This document shows, one piece after another, positions 12,813 through 26,608 of a stretch of 64,000 bases of DNA; the stretch's first letter is position 1, and each line of letters opens with the position of its first letter. Source of the stretch: Tubiluchus corallicola (taxonomy: Eukaryota; Animalia; Priapulida); assembly GCA_030141605.1 (NCBI GenBank), contig JAQGDQ010000537.1, positions 85,017-149,016 of the forward strand. Direction: 5' to 3'. The notes under the pieces were generated by a model, which had not been told where the DNA came from, searched no databases, and was given only the letters and a program-made list of their open reading frames with translations. A program made the translations under genes and the position numbers.

Positions 12813-13205
12813 CAGGGTTCCCACAGAATTTTAAAATAAATTTCTCTACTTTTCCCTGGTCAAATATTGATTTTTTTCGTGACCAAGGTAAAGAGAAATT
12901 GTATTACCAGTATACATATTCAAACATTTATGTGTATTGACATTCATACATATACTGATATATAATGTGTCAGCCTGCCATAGGAAAATTTTATTTTAAC
13001 ACGAATTGCTAAAAGTGTGTTTAGAAAAATATCGGTTCACAGTGATTATTCTTGCAAGCCTTTTCACCCCATTTTCGGATTGCGCTTTTCGCCCCATTTT
13101 CATGATTTTCTCTGACATTTAACCGAATTATCTTCCTCCCTGACATTCCCATGACTTTCCATCAGCCTGTATTTTCCAGGATTTTCCCTGACAGTGAGAA
13201 CTCTG
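12813..13205. mobile_element. TIR MITE with 6-bp TSD
   Basis: CAGGGTTCCCAC...GTGAGAACTCTG with AATGAA directly on both sides. Confidence 0.7.
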
Positions 13206-13579
13206 AATGAAACACAAGTTTGTTTGTCATAATTATTCATAAACAAGTAAGCTTTAGCAGATAAACATTAGTACTGCGATAAAAATATTTATCTATACGA
13301 GGCTGTACGTGACCGGGAAAGTGACACCAAAAATACGGTACACTGTATTTGATATCTGCGAGTCAGACTCAGTATCAAAGTGTATAAAGGGGTGTCCATA
13401 CTTTGTCACTTGTCAGTATGATTCAGAATGAAGATAGCCCTTATTGCTAAGCGAAAGTACATGAATATGATTTGGCATCTGACAAGCTTATTATTTAAAT
13501 AATTCTTTTTGTCAACTTTGTTACAAAAGTGAAGCGATTTTGTAAAGGTAGACGATAAGCAACGATACATGCTAAATTT

Positions 13580-13998
13580 GACACGATAACAATATTCCTA
13601 GAATACTATCGATACGATAACGATATTCCCAGAATAATATCGATACGATAACGATATTCCCAGAATAATATCGATACGATAATGATATTCCTAGAATAAT
13701 ATCGATACGATAACGATATTCCCAGAATACTATCAATATGACAGCGATATTCCTAGAATACCATCGATGCGATAACGATATTCCCAGAATACTATCGATA
13801 TGACAACGATATTCCTAGAATACTATCGATGCGATAACGATATTCCCAGAATACTATCGATGCGATAACGATGTTCCCAGAATACTATCGATGTGGCAGC
13901 GATATTCCCAGAATACTATCGATGTGATAACTAAATTCCTAGAAGACTATCGGTACGATAACGATATTTCTAGAATACTATCGATACGATAACGATAT
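13580..13998. repeat. 31-bp minisatellite, ~13 units
   Basis: Unit acgatattcccagaata(c/a)tatcgatacgata. Probably an expanded subterminal repeat of a larger element (~12580-14040) with scattered gatacgata motifs. Confidence 0.9.
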
Positions 13999-14341
13999 TA
14001 AACAAGTTTTTCTTATCGATACGATAATCGATCCCCAACATTAGGCTTACTTTGCCAGTTTCGCTTGAGCAGTGAATGTAAGTTATTGTATAATAGTGGA
14101 AATAACAACCACAGAAAAATTCTTCTTTAGCCAGCTTTACTTGCACAATCATATTTATTTATGAAAATGTACATTGCAGTTATTGTATGAATGGCCTTGC
14201 AACAACTTGGCTGTGTTGTTGCAAGTTGTATGACCATTGTCCAGTCAGACAAAACACGGTAAGTAGGCGTTTCAGCGAAACTGCTGAAAATCAAATCTAG
14301 TGGACAAAGCTTAAAAAGTTCGTGGGTCATCAGTTACTTTG

Positions 14342-17205
14342 TTACAACATAAACGGAAGATCTACATTTTTCTCTCCCAAACCACAGTATATGGAGCCGA
14401 ATGTGGATGTACCAGGAACGTGATAGAATGTATAACCAGGCCATGCGTGATTGCGCATAATAACTAGGACACTTCCCCTTTCACTCTGAATACTCCAACA
14501 TCCTGGAACAGTGAGTAACAGTGACAATAATTTTAAAGATCGTTAGAACCAGGCTACAGCATGAAGCAAACACATGTTCTAAAAGTAACAAATGCATAAT
14601 TAATCTTATTTTATTAAAAGAAAGTAATAAGTACTACTACTAAGAAATCAAGTGAAAGCACGCATAACTCGAACACCTCGGGACCGTAAAATTTGTTCGA
14701 GTTATGCAAAGGTACAAATTAGACAATCTTCGCCAGAAAGTAAGATTAAGTCATTCATCAACGTTGGACAATAAACTAGTAAAACTACAGCCTGTGAAAA
14801 TGACGAACTGAGTCTTTAATCAAATATCAAACAACAATTTTTAGGAATAATCAAAAATAATGACTGCTCCACCTCTATTGTAGTCTGAGTAGCATGGTTA
14901 ATAGAATTCGGCAATAATAATATTATGATCTAGTTAATAAAGCACAAGAAAACCCTCCACTTACATAAAGCTTAAAACATTCATCTTACAATTTTATACC
15001 ACTTGCATACTGCCTTTTCGTATGCATGGCTTGCGTCGGCAGTAATGCTGTATAAAACTTGTAAATTTAAACTCCCGCGAAGACAGTTAGGCCCAGCCGT
15101 TTTAGTGGTAGGTCGTTTGATACAAGTTTGGATAACACTGCATGAAGTTTGAAAAAATAATCAGATTATTCGTAGCAAACATGTTACTAAGTAAAATTTT
15201 TAATTACTGTATCTTGTCAAAAAGATTAAAAATGTTTTTAAAAAACAAAAAACTGAGTACGATATGTGTATAAAATTGCTGTAAAGTAATATAATTTTTT
15301 AAGGGGATTTTTCTGAAACCTACTTCAGCTACCCATTTCTTTCCTTTAAACCATGTTCGTTAAGCCATGTTGTGTGCAGCAGTCTGCTAAGTAATATATA
15401 AGAACTCTTAGCATTTTTTCTAAAACTAACAGTTAAAATCATAATGCTGCACACTTTCATGTAGGATTTCTCACTGGGGAGGCTGTTCAATATAGGCAGG
15501 GCAATTTCAGTTAGATTCCTATAAATTGTACCGGAGATTTGGTTTGAGTTACACGATAATTGAAAGGAAAGATCTGTTCCATGACATCTGTTCAAGGCAT
15601 GCAAGAATTCTTTTTATAACGAGTCGAGTTTTATAACGTAGTTTACCGTATTTACCTAATGGGATGTCGTCAACGATCGGTGCAAGGAAGTCCAGCGACT
15701 GGTCAGCATCGGCCCGCATACCTATTAACTGTTCTTGAAGACTGGATTTCATTGAGAAGTGCAGATACGATTCTTCCCTCATGGCATCGGTGAAACATAA
15801 CCCTAGAACGACGTCAGTTTAACACATTTATTAACTTGTACTGGCGTGTTGTATCTAAAATTACTGTGGGTCTGCTTCAGAAAATTTTTAGTCATTGTTT
15901 TAATGCTGTGTAAAACGAAACAAACATATGTAATTTTAATGTTGTAATCTGTAATTGTAATTTTAAACAGATAAACATACGAAATTTTACACATAAACTT
16001 GATGAGACGAAATCCTAAACCAAAAAATATTTTTGCTTACTAATAGTCTAAATTGTCACAGTTCAAGCTTGATCAATTCACGGTAAATGTGGCAACTGAC
16101 AACAAACTGCCTGAGCGGCAGTACTTTCTTTACCTGGGCTCAGACATGTGCACACGGCCGCATGCGCACAACAGCCAAACACCGCGTTGCTGGAGTGCAA
16201 TGTGCTGGGCTATAAAGCAAACAGTACTACCCTCATGTGCTCTGGTTCCGTACAAGTATAAAGAAAGGACTAAAGAAAAAGACTTACTATGTTGAATATT
16301 ATTGATAACATGAGTGAAAATAGGGGGTGCTGCAGTTCCACAGTACCTATACACGAGGCGCCATTATGCTTTTCATACACTGTTTTCCCTCTTTTGAAGA
16401 CCCAAAAACAACTAAATATAATATGCTGACATTTTGCTTAGAGACTTTAATTTCATGTAACAAAATTAAGCAATTTCGTTTGTAAATTCCTGCTTGTGTA
16501 CAAGATCAGCAATTCACATCATGACCTTTTTATCTCTCATCCAGTGGGATACTTTCAGAGAATCCACAAATATTTTTTATTTTGCAAAACAGCATGTGAT
16601 AAACTATCAGTAGAGGTAAGCATTGAACGTTTGAATTCGATTCAAACAGGTTTTTTAGTTCGAATCGAATTATAGATTCGAACAATTCAGCATTTCAGCC
16701 AAATATGTTCTTTATCATTAAAATGTTTGCAACAGCATGCAATTAGCACAGTTTAGCTGCAGTTTCTGTGCAAAATTTTTAACAAACTAATAATAGCTTT
16801 ATTGCAGAACAAAATCAAGTAATATGCATGATCTTTGTAAGACCACTTTTTACTAGTGGTTCGAAAATCTGTCAAACTCAATTAAAATTCCATTCAGAAT
16901 ATTGAAATTCGGTTTGATTAGAAATCGAAAGTCGCAAATTTGATTCGCTTTCTGGGGGAGAATGCTCACTCCTAACTATCAAGCCTTTTTTATGTAAACA
17001 GGTAAAGGATTTGTCAATATTTATTTTGTACTAACCATCAAAACTCCGATTAGGTTTGACAATGCCTTTGTGGGTGCGTAGATAAGAGCCACGAGGAATA
17101 ATAGCAGCTTCGTCATTCATATCATCAATTGTAGTTGCCAATCTGTCTTCTTCCTTGACTGTGAGCTAAGAAAAACATAAAAATCACATTCTGACTTTTA
17201 CACAC

Positions 17206-17302
<97 letters not shown>

Positions 17303-17320
17303 TCTCTCTCTCTTCCTCCC

Positions 17321-17419
<99 letters not shown>

Positions 17420-19622
17420 TCCCCCCTCTCTCTCTCTGTCTCTCTGTCTGTTCTCTCTCTCTTTCACTCTCTCTCCTTTCTCTCTCTCTCCCCTCTCTCT
17501 CTCCCCTCTCTCTCACCTTCTCTCTTTCTCCTAAATGAACTATATCAAAATATTTGAATATTGTTGTCTTTCTCTCTATCACCCTCTTGCTTTGCCTGAA
17601 TACGGTTTGTTTGATGGCCATTCTTTCTGCCTATCCTGTTTTCTTATTTCCCAGTTCTTAATGAAGGTATCATTTTCAGTAGACCTACGGTAACTGGTTC
17701 AGCTTGATCAGCTTGCATTTCTGTAACTTCAAATTCATATGCAGGATCACCGGTGAAACGGCCAATGACCCGTCTTGATTTCTGTCGTCTTTCTTCATCT
17801 GGCTTGGGAAGTAAATTCCATTTTAAACAATCTTGGCTAAAAAATAGATGGGTAATACATTATTAATTACTTCTATGAGTATTAGACTATTAATAATTGA
17901 TAGAACACTAGGTTGAACTTAATCATATTTCAATTATAACTTTTAATGTATCATTGCAGCTAAATACAGCTCCTAGAGCATTATTTATAAGCTGCTAAGC
18001 AAGCATGCCCGTTCTTTGCACTTAGTGAAGTTTATATGTGCAAGAATAACAATTTTCCGTTGATTTTCTGAGCAGCATTTTTGTTCTCAGCTGGGAAACT
18101 ATGTCTATAACTAATATGGAGTTTACACGACGGCTACGCAGGTTGAATCCGCATTCAAGCCCTATTATTCGCTATCGTGCGAAAATCTGTAACATCTAAT
18201 TAACAACAATCACGGCTAGTCGACTTTGGAACTGCCATGGAACTTTAGTTAAAATGCTGCAAAACTGCCAAACATGTTAAATCACCATGGATGCTCGATA
18301 TAATGATTAGCGGCATAGATATGAGACCACGAATAAATAAGAGCAGAAAATGGTAGCAATGAGCGTTAATGCTCTGCTGTCCATGATTGCAACTTTGGCG
18401 CCAAAGTTATGCGTATTCAATTTTGATTAGTTTATTACTGTAGTATTTGAACGTATTTGTAATACTTAGGTTGTGTAGTATCTCTAATGTTTTATATCTG
18501 TGGTGTTTGTTTGAAGCTACATTTGTATATAGCCCATTGCTTTACACATAAACCCAAATTATTGTACTGTTCGAATGTTTAATTGTACCGTGAGATGGTT
18601 TTGTGTTTATGTGACGGTACATGTGTATATTACCTGTATGATATGTATTATTTTATATGAGATTGTATTTGTAAAAGTGTGCTTTAGTTTTCTCTTAGGT
18701 AGGAGTATTTTGCTGTAGCTTATATCACTATTTACCAGTGTAGCCCAGGCAATCACTGAATGATATTTCACATTGTATAATGTATGCTATCATTATTTTA
18801 TGGCAAATAAATATACTTATGTATATATTTATAGCAGGCCGCAAACAGGCCATTTGTTACAAATGACTGAGTTCTCCATTGCCGGTTGTAGTGCTGAATA
18901 TGAGCAGACTTAATTACTAATGCGAAAATATTCTGCATTATTGTCTACTGCAAGCTTCTTTCACCCCGGTACATAATGCAACAGCTGAACAATATTTGTC
19001 AGCCACCACAAGAGCTACCTAGTGGTGGATGAACGCTGCCTTTGTTATTAGTTAATTGGTTAGTGACCGGATACAGCCGGCATTGCTTTCATGTAAACTC
19101 TATACAAGGAGATTTACATCCACAATAAATGAAGTCCAAATTTAAAAGCTAAGATTGAGGTTAAAACTAAGATGATTAGCATCATTTTTAGGCCATATAC
19201 CTTATCAAAAGAAAGATGAATAAGAAAAATGAACAAAATTAAGCAATGTATGACATTTAAACTAAGAGCTGTCAATAGCAGTGAGCAGCAAATATGTTGC
19301 ATGGAGATCACAAGTAAAAAAATTAGCAATTTATTTTTTTTCTGTTCCTGTAACAATAAGTCATCACACATCTGATTCACCATCCCTAGACTTACCTGTA
19401 AAAATATGTCACGTCTTTTAAATAATTTTCTCCAACTCCTTTTGCTATATAATAATCTCTGGCTATTCCTAAAATCTTTCCCCAAAAGAAAAAACCGTGA
19501 AATTTGTTTTCTGCTTTTAGTACTGGTAAAGAAGTTTGAAGAGCTGTCTTTTGCTCAATGCTAAATATAACACCTGTCGACGAAACAAAGTCAAATTCTT
19601 GAAATAATCGTTGAAATTCCAT
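14342..19622 (-). CDS. RSPH9: Radial spoke head protein 9 homolog, 5 exons, 270 aa
   Basis: Exons 19622-19396, 17836-17689, 17165-17036, 15802-15656, 14502-14342, GT-AG with consistent phases (813 nt). Motifs EQKTALQTSL..LK...FWGKILGIARDYYIA.G, W.LLP, GRFTGDPAYE, VKEEDRLA..I......AIIPRG..., NRSFDGL, SLDFL.PI..DIP.GCWSIQ.ERG...WPG.TFYHVP.T..FGSIY.G.GEKN.DLPFML are RSPH9. Confidence 0.96.
14941..15345 (-). mobile_element. Kolobok-like (TTAA) MITE family A, deleted copy in RSPH9 intron 4
   Basis: Reverse complement of both ends of 25914-26604 (agcacaagaaaaccctccacttac...gatttttctgaaacctacttcag...ttcct|ttaa). Confidence 0.7.
15839..16366 (-). mobile_element. hAT-type MITE family D, copy 3
   Basis: Reverse-complement homolog of 5709-6221 and 6838-7362. 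Explains ORFs 15803-15994, 16053-16295 and 16130-16354. Confidence 0.85.
16611..16974 (+). mobile_element. hAT-type MITE, sister of 9766-10247
   Basis: TAGAGGTAAGCATT...AATGCTCACTCCTA; TSD actatcag/actatcaa. Confidence 0.8.
17208..17530. repeat. (CT)n microsatellite in RSPH9 intron 2
   Basis: Seen directly; source of the spurious ER-repeat ORFs. Confidence 0.97.
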
Positions 19623-19727
19623 TATGCAGCACTATTACTGAAACCTTTGTTTCTACAACTTGGACTTTAAATGTAAGCAGAGCTTTGCGTTTTTAAGTTC
19701 CAACGCCATATTGTGTACACACTGTAG

Positions 19728-19740
19728 GTTGCTAGGTAAC
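19728..19740. promoter_or_regulatory. RFX X-box upstream of RSPH9
   Basis: GTTGCTAGGTAAC (reverse complement GTTACCTAGCAAC), ~105 nt upstream of the ATG. Fits the GTTRCYNNGYAAC X-box of motile-cilia genes. Confidence 0.7.
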
Positions 19741-20284
19741 TGATGATATCTTCGCCCTCTGTTGTTCACAATGTTATTTAAATTGCATAGAACAGTGACT
19801 CTGTAACGTGTGGCTAAATGGTTGCCTTGCCGCTGGGCCAATCAATTCATGTTTTTATAAGGGGGTCTATATGTTGTGTTAATAGTGTTAATAATCTTTC
19901 ATAGACATAATAAACATCGCACTGATTTTTCTGTAGCTGTAGGTTTAGTCCATAATGACACCAGACGCAATTAATGATATTTAATGCTCATGTTGTTGAT
20001 GGATTCAAAGTTAAATTGACCCCTGGATATTCGGCCACAGTGACAGTGGAATTCGGAAACAAGAAAATCCGGCCACAGTAAATTTGTCTCCCGGGATTTT
20101 CCACTCCAAAAATTTGCTTAGGTTAGTTTCAAGTTTGCCACAACATTATGAGAACATCATGCCCAGGGCACAGACCTACAGACTATTGGATACCCATCAA
20201 CTGGCCTTCATATGGCTCCAACCTAGATGTCTAGGTGCATTTATTTGGGCCATTCATTTGACGATGATCACTTGGTGGATTTAT

Positions 20285-20535
20285 AATAATGATGATGGCA
20301 GTGATGATGATTGAAGGTGATGGAAAAGATGGTGATGATTACAGATGATGATGTTTATAATGATGGTGGTGATTGGTAATGACTTTTATAATATTGATGA
20401 TGAGAACGATGATGATAGTGTTTATGATAACGATAATGTCAATGATGATCATGATTGATGAGGATAATGATGATGATGGTGAAGATGATGGTGGTGGTGA
20501 TGTTGATGATGATGATGATGACGACAGTGATGTTT
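20285..20535. repeat. Degenerate (GAT)n low-complexity tract
   Basis: Seen directly. Followed by a degenerate ttggacacag subrepeat array at ~20570-20865. Confidence 0.85.
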
Positions 20536-20944
20536 AAAAAACTCCAATGTTTAAGCACATGACGTTTAAATACAGTAAATTTTTGACACAGACAAGTTTA
20601 GGACAGGACATTTGATATACACATAGAAATTCGGACACAGGTAATATTTGACCCAAGGAAGTTTAGACACAGAATGTTGGGATATGGTACGTTTGGAAAC
20701 AAGTAAGCCTGGACACACATGAGTTTGGCCACAACAAAGTTTAGATGTAGGACGTTTGAATGCAAGGCATTTGAACGCAAGGAAGCTTGGACACAGATGC
20801 CAGCAGATATAGACATACGTATGTTCAGACAAGGACGACTGGACACAGAACTTTTGGACACAGTCAAGTATCATCATTGCGGCCCTTATTTGCTCCAAAG
20901 CAATGAAAGGCTGCAATACAGCAAACTTATTAGGTGACAATGGC

Positions 20945-21855
20945 GTTGATCTGCTATCTGACAGAAGCCTTTTTCACAAACTGTAACTGTATATTTTATA
21001 AAATTGTCACTAAATTGTGTCATTTCTTTCTATATAAATTACTGCCCCCTACTAATAACGAATTATCTGCTTACTTATTAAAAAATCGTAATAACTTATC
21101 TTGATTCTGTATTCGTTGTGATTACTCTCACAATTCTTTCTTTCCTTCAGCTGTGCCCGTTTGGAATAAGCTTCCTTCTTATATACAATTATCAACGTCG
21201 ATCAGTAGCGTCAAACGTTGAAGAATTAAATCGTTTCGTAAACAGACCCAAATATTTAACTCATGGTAAAATTCCGTACTGTATACACCATACTCGCTTA
21301 AGAATAGATTTTTCTCAGCTTAATCATTATTTAGACACGCACAGTTGTAAAGATTCTAGTGGTAATATTGTTGGTAAAAATGTTCTTGTGGTTATTATAT
21401 TGAATCTGTTACCCATTATTTGCTCGAATGCCCTCTATATGCTGTAAGTAGAGAGCAACGCATACGCAAGTTCTTCGATTTGTACTTGAATAATATCATT
21501 TCATTTGACATTATTCTTTTGGATACTGAATCTCTAATTAGTATACTCTTAAACAGTAGTACCCTTCTAAACCATGGCCAAAATATAGTTGTATTTGATA
21601 TTGTTCAAACATATATAAAAATACTCGTCGATTCGCTCATTAATGTGGTTCATTTGATGCCTTTTGCTATTTAGTACTCAGCATTGTACTAATGTACGTA
21701 TTTCATTGTACATTAATCTATTTCTATCATTTCATCTGTTACACCACCTGTATACCATTTCTTCTTTCTGAGGCATCTTTGTCAGTGGTAACTGTGGCCA
21801 AAGGTTTATTTTTGTCTGTCCATTTGACAATAATAAAAATATGGTTATTATAAAA
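20945..21855 (+). mobile_element. LINE 3' fragment (CR1/L2/Jockey-group type), frameshifted
   Basis: NSFFPSAVPVWNKLPSYIQ; HTRLRIDFSQLNHYL; CSCGYYIESVTHYLLECPLY (C-terminal CCHC); AT-rich UTR ending in aataaa. Confidence 0.75.
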
Positions 21856-24542
21856 AGTATCATCATCATCAGCGCCACCACTGCCGCCATCACTCAAGTT
21901 GGAATCACGTAGACACATTACACTGGACTCATTGGTGCATACTGCATACTAAACGGTCACTCGTCGATGTTGCATTAATAAAACATAAAATCGTCAGCCT
22001 GAGAAATTAAGTCTTTAAATTTGTGCTGAAATGTGTTAATTGTTGTTCGTTAAATAAGAAAGAAGTAATCGAGTAGTTAAATTTAAAAGTGAAACCGAGA
22101 GGATTCCTCACGAAAATGGAACATGCAGTATTTCTACCTACGGCAATTTTCCTCACGAGGAGGATACATTACTTCCAGTAGAATTAATCACTAGGAATTG
22201 TATGAGGAATTTTGCCGCGCCTTCTTACTGTGAAATTCGCCTAGGACCGTCTTGAAAATTTGCAACCCCAAATATAGAGCTGCCCAAGACAATACCTCTT
22301 TTCATCTGAAACAAGATAATTCTTAACGTTTCAAAATGACAACAACTTGAAACACAGTTTGCCATGCAAGTCTATGCTTGAAGGAAAAAATAAGTTTATT
22401 TTGACCAATTATCAACCATTCGACTGGCTGTCGCAGTAAACCATAAACCCACGATACAGATAATTAATGACGCACAGAGATCACGTCCATCCGTAAACAA
22501 CAACAAAATTGCATTATGTTATTATTTTTGTGAAAGTTCTTAAAATACGTCCACAATTCAATTACAGTTTAGCAAGATCTATAGAACGCCAGAGAGTCGT
22601 TATTCATCTGCAAAGTTCGTTTCTCTGATAACAAGAATTCCCACTTGTAATATGTATCAGAATCGCGTAGTGTGGACTAGAAGTCACTCCTTATAACCTA
22701 TTCTGAGCATCCTGTCACAAGTGTAAGAAACATCTGCTTCTGACGGCGCAGAGCCATACATGATTGCTTGATGTTCTTTTCTTGGAAAATTAAACGTCTT
22801 ATATATATATATTGTTATAACAGTCTGCACGGAAGAAAAGTTTTAAAGGAAATGCCAAGCCTTCCGGGAAGTTCAGCTTACTTCAATGTTTGCAAAAAAT
22901 GTTAGAAATGCTTAGTAATAAAACTGCAATAAGCGCCTCGTGTAATTAGTAAAATCACTTTAAAGTCGCGATCACTTCATGCTTAGACGCTTCCATTTTC
23001 AATGCCCAATCTTCTTCCAATGACGTCATTCGTTTTGAAGAAAAGTAGCGCACTGTGATTCCGTTAAAAGTAGAATAAGCTTTTGCAAAAACATCATATA
23101 GCTGATTTTGCAACATTTTTTCATGAATATTATGTTACCTCAACAAATAAAATGTTAGTACGATCGCTAATTAGGCAATTAATGTCAATTAATCAATTAC
23201 CCGACTACGGGAGCTTCGGCTGGGTCGGAATGGCTATGATGAATACCAGATCGACCTCAGACCACGAAATACGCGTTGTGAAGTAAATCTGTATCTCCCA
23301 AGTTTACCGCAATAAGCCGCTTCAATATGATTATGCTTTATGGTAGATTCGAGTGACAGATAGTATTTCTACGAGTATGCAAGGTTCCTGAGTAATACTA
23401 AATCGCACAAATCAAAGTGAACATGCTATTGACAATGATATACAGGTTTATTGATTTGACAAATTTATAATAATATGTTTTAACAATAACAACATTCAAA
23501 TAAATGTACGCCTGTAGCGTTTACAATCAGTGTCCAAATTTTACGACTGCAGTGTCGCTATACAACTCAATATAATCTCCTACAATTTCGAAACAACTGT
23601 TACTTTAATCAGAGCATAAAATCTTCCACCGTTAAGTACAAATTACTTAACAACACTAAATAATGTATAAAGTTACTCGGGGATTGGCCAATCTTACAAG
23701 TTCCTTTAATTGTACATACATTAATTCAAGATACAAGCTGGGTGAGTCATTTTCCTGAACGGAATAATCTTCGTTCAGATGCCAATTATTTATTAATTGA
23801 GTTCAATTTTATTTTCCTGATGAATGATTCAACATTCTAAAATAAATTCATGACAATTAGGTAAGCTACAGAAATTTGAATTAGTTTAAGCAACACGCGC
23901 TTACGGAAAGTCACGACGCGCTTACGAAAAGCCACGAAGTCCCCCAGTTACGTCATAATTTTCAAAAGAATGGCGGCAGCCTCTATGCCTGAAAATTTCT
24001 ATTCAGAGGTGGCATATTTTAAATTTATGCTTTATGGAAATGTTTTTGTAGATTTCTTTGCTATATTTTTTCTAAGCATAAGTGATAACAGTAAAACAAA
24101 AACCAAGATACTGAGTTACTTGTTTCTTTCCTTTAATAACTCGTGATTATAATGTACTGAACTCGTATTAGCCTTTTTTCTTGAGTGAAAATAATGTAAT
24201 TAAATTACAATAAGATGCTGTACAATATCCACGCTTTATTAGATCAAATATTCTTAGCTCTTCGCAAAGAATTGTTTGCACTCATTCTAGCTAGTTTCTC
24301 ATAAAGACGCTTGCTTATAAAAGTGCTTTATTTTATTTATTTAGTATACAGTTAATATTAATGATCTTACATGACATCAAGCAAATGATTAATGGCAGGA
24401 AACAGAAATAAAAACTTGTTAGATGTTTGCGTGGTTGTGAGAGACTGCTACTTTATGATGTCCAAAATCAAAAATTCAAGTATAATCTAGTCTAGGCAGC
24501 TTTAACACTCGGGTATAGTTTATCCTGGGGGTATAGTATGGC

Positions 24543-24910
24543 CAGGGCCTATTTCAGCCTAAACGAGGCCCGGGGAAGTGGGGCATGTGAGGCCGGGGGG
24601 CACCATCATGGTTGACGCCCAGAAAAGTTTTGAACTGCTAGAACGCCAGAGAAGCATTTTCGAAGAGAAAATATGGAGTTATACAGTTGTTAAAGGAAAG
24701 AACAATTGAAAGAAAAACTACGTTATTCTCAAGACCAGTCCTTAATACTTGTCAATACTGGCAATACTGGCATGCGACAAGAGAGGGGGGGGGAGAGGAG
24801 GTAGTATGTTCGCATAAAGCAAAAAAATGTTACCTTGGCGCGAGGCCCCCTGGAGGGTGAGGCCCCGGGGAAGTATCCCCACTTCCCCCCCCCCCCTGAA
24901 ATAGGCCCTG
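24543..24910. mobile_element. hAT-type MITE, GC-rich ends
   Basis: Perfect 15-bp TIR CAGGGCCTATTTCAG/CTGAAATAGGCCCTG; TSD agtatggc/actatggg. Confidence 0.85.
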
Positions 24911-25117
24911 ACTATGGGCCTGTTACACCGGGTCGCAGAGTACGAAGATTTTAACTGCCTGACTTTGAATGGTTTTCTTCCGGCTATTTCTTAAAGTTGT
25001 GTTTTCTGACCATTTACTCAAGGTCAATGATAGCCTGACCAAATCTGCTCCTCTTTGAATTGTCCAAATATGGTTGCCCAACTTCTGGCGATTTTAGGAT
25101 AGATTTCTTTTATTTAA

Positions 25118-25908
25118 AGGAAAACTGAACGATGGTGACATTACTTCAAAATAATCATTACCATCACACCAGTACGACAACATACACACTAATTCAGAAT
25201 TCATATATCCACGGCCATATTAATTAAATCATAGGTTTTTTTCATTTTTTTGTGCATAGTTGTAAATATGTTTGATTTTATTCGTCGTTACTTTCCATTA
25301 CTGCACAGTAGTTTAGATTGCACTGACGCATTTGCCTTTAGCAGTGTAAGGTTTTAGTAACTAACACTGATTGATCATCTGTGTAAAGTTTTTATCAGTG
25401 ATTATCAATGTATTTTAATGATAAGTAAAGATTATTATATATATATATATATAAAGTATGCTCTAAAACGTTGTTAACTACAACAGACAGCTTTTTTTAA
25501 ATCAAATTTTAGATAAAATAATAAGTCTTCAGCGAATCCGCTAAGACTGGCAGTGGCGTCTTTCTGTTACGTTCCCATGGCCGACAAATAGGCGTGTTAC
25601 CGTAATAAGCATAATCATGAACAGATCCGTGTTCGTCTGTGACGTAGAACTCATATTCGTGACATCACAACAGCGTCTTGCAGTAATCTTCGCTTACGCA
25701 AACGTGCTTGATGCACAGGGAAGATGCCTACCATTGCAGGAACTGTGGCTAGTTTGTGACGTAAGCAATAGCTGTGTTCGACTGCCGTTAATTAACATTC
25801 CAAAGTAATTATTGAAGTATTAGAAACAATTTCTAACTTCTATATGCAAGAAAATGTGTATTTTGGGCAGTAAATTAAAATGAGGTTGAGTCTAATCCGG
25901 TTTTTCCT
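25118..25908 (+). mobile_element. Kolobok-like (TTAA, AGG...CCT) MITE family B
   Basis: ttaa|AGGAAAACTG...CCGGTTTTTCCT; homologous to ~33895-34415, which ends ccggtcttcct|ttaa. Confidence 0.7.
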
Positions 25909-25913
25909 TTTCA

Positions 25914-26604
25914 AGGACAAGCAAAGGGGATCCGGAGGTAGGTTTTAGAAAAATCGCCTAAAGTTATATTACTTTATAGCAATTTTATGCGTATATCGTT
26001 CTCGTATTGAAGGGATTTTTAGTTTTTTTTCATTTTAAATCTCCCGCAATACTATACCGGCAGCGCCATTACATGACGTCATTTGCGCACAACGTAAATC
26101 AGGAGAAGAAACGGAAATGTTAAACTATTTCCCAAAAAACTTGTCGTGCAAAATTATGTTACTTAGCATTTCGCTTACCTGCTTGAAAGACTTATGTAAC
26201 TAGAAAAAAATTATTAATTATTTAAAATGTTTTCACCAATTGGTAAAATGTCACTGGCTCACCCTCCAGGGTGCACCACTCACCAATAAAAAAAAACGTA
26301 TTTTTAGTCTTATTGACAAGATACAGTAATTTAAAATTTTACTCAGTTAGTGACGTCTCTAACGTCTGCTCTAGGAATGCTGTGATTATTTTTTCAAACT
26401 TTACTCAGTGTTATCTAAACTTGTTTCAAATGACTTATCGCCAAAATGGCTGCGTCTAACGGTCATCGCGGGAGTCTAAATTTACATGTTATATACAGAG
26501 TTATTGCCGACGCAAGTCCTGTAAGCAAAAATGCCGTGTGTAAGTGGCATAGAATTTCAAGTCGAATTTTTGAGCTTTGTGTAAGTGGAGGGTTTTCTTG
26601 TGCT
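25914..26604 (+). mobile_element. Kolobok-like MITE family A
   Basis: AGGACAAG...CTTGTGCT|ttaa. Homologs at 14941-15345 (-), 36951-37585 and ~53310-53790. Confidence 0.75.
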
Positions 26605-26608
26605 TTAA

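Noticed and set aside
20566-20940. Cys/Leu-rich overlapping ORFs
   Set aside because: Derived from a degenerate ttggacacag subrepeat array.
23970-24008. ATGGCGGCAGCC...GAG|GT as a first coding exon on the + strand
   Set aside because: Weak donor (GTGGCA) and no downstream exon found. The acgtcat...aatggcgg context is typical of DNA-transposon internal sequence here.
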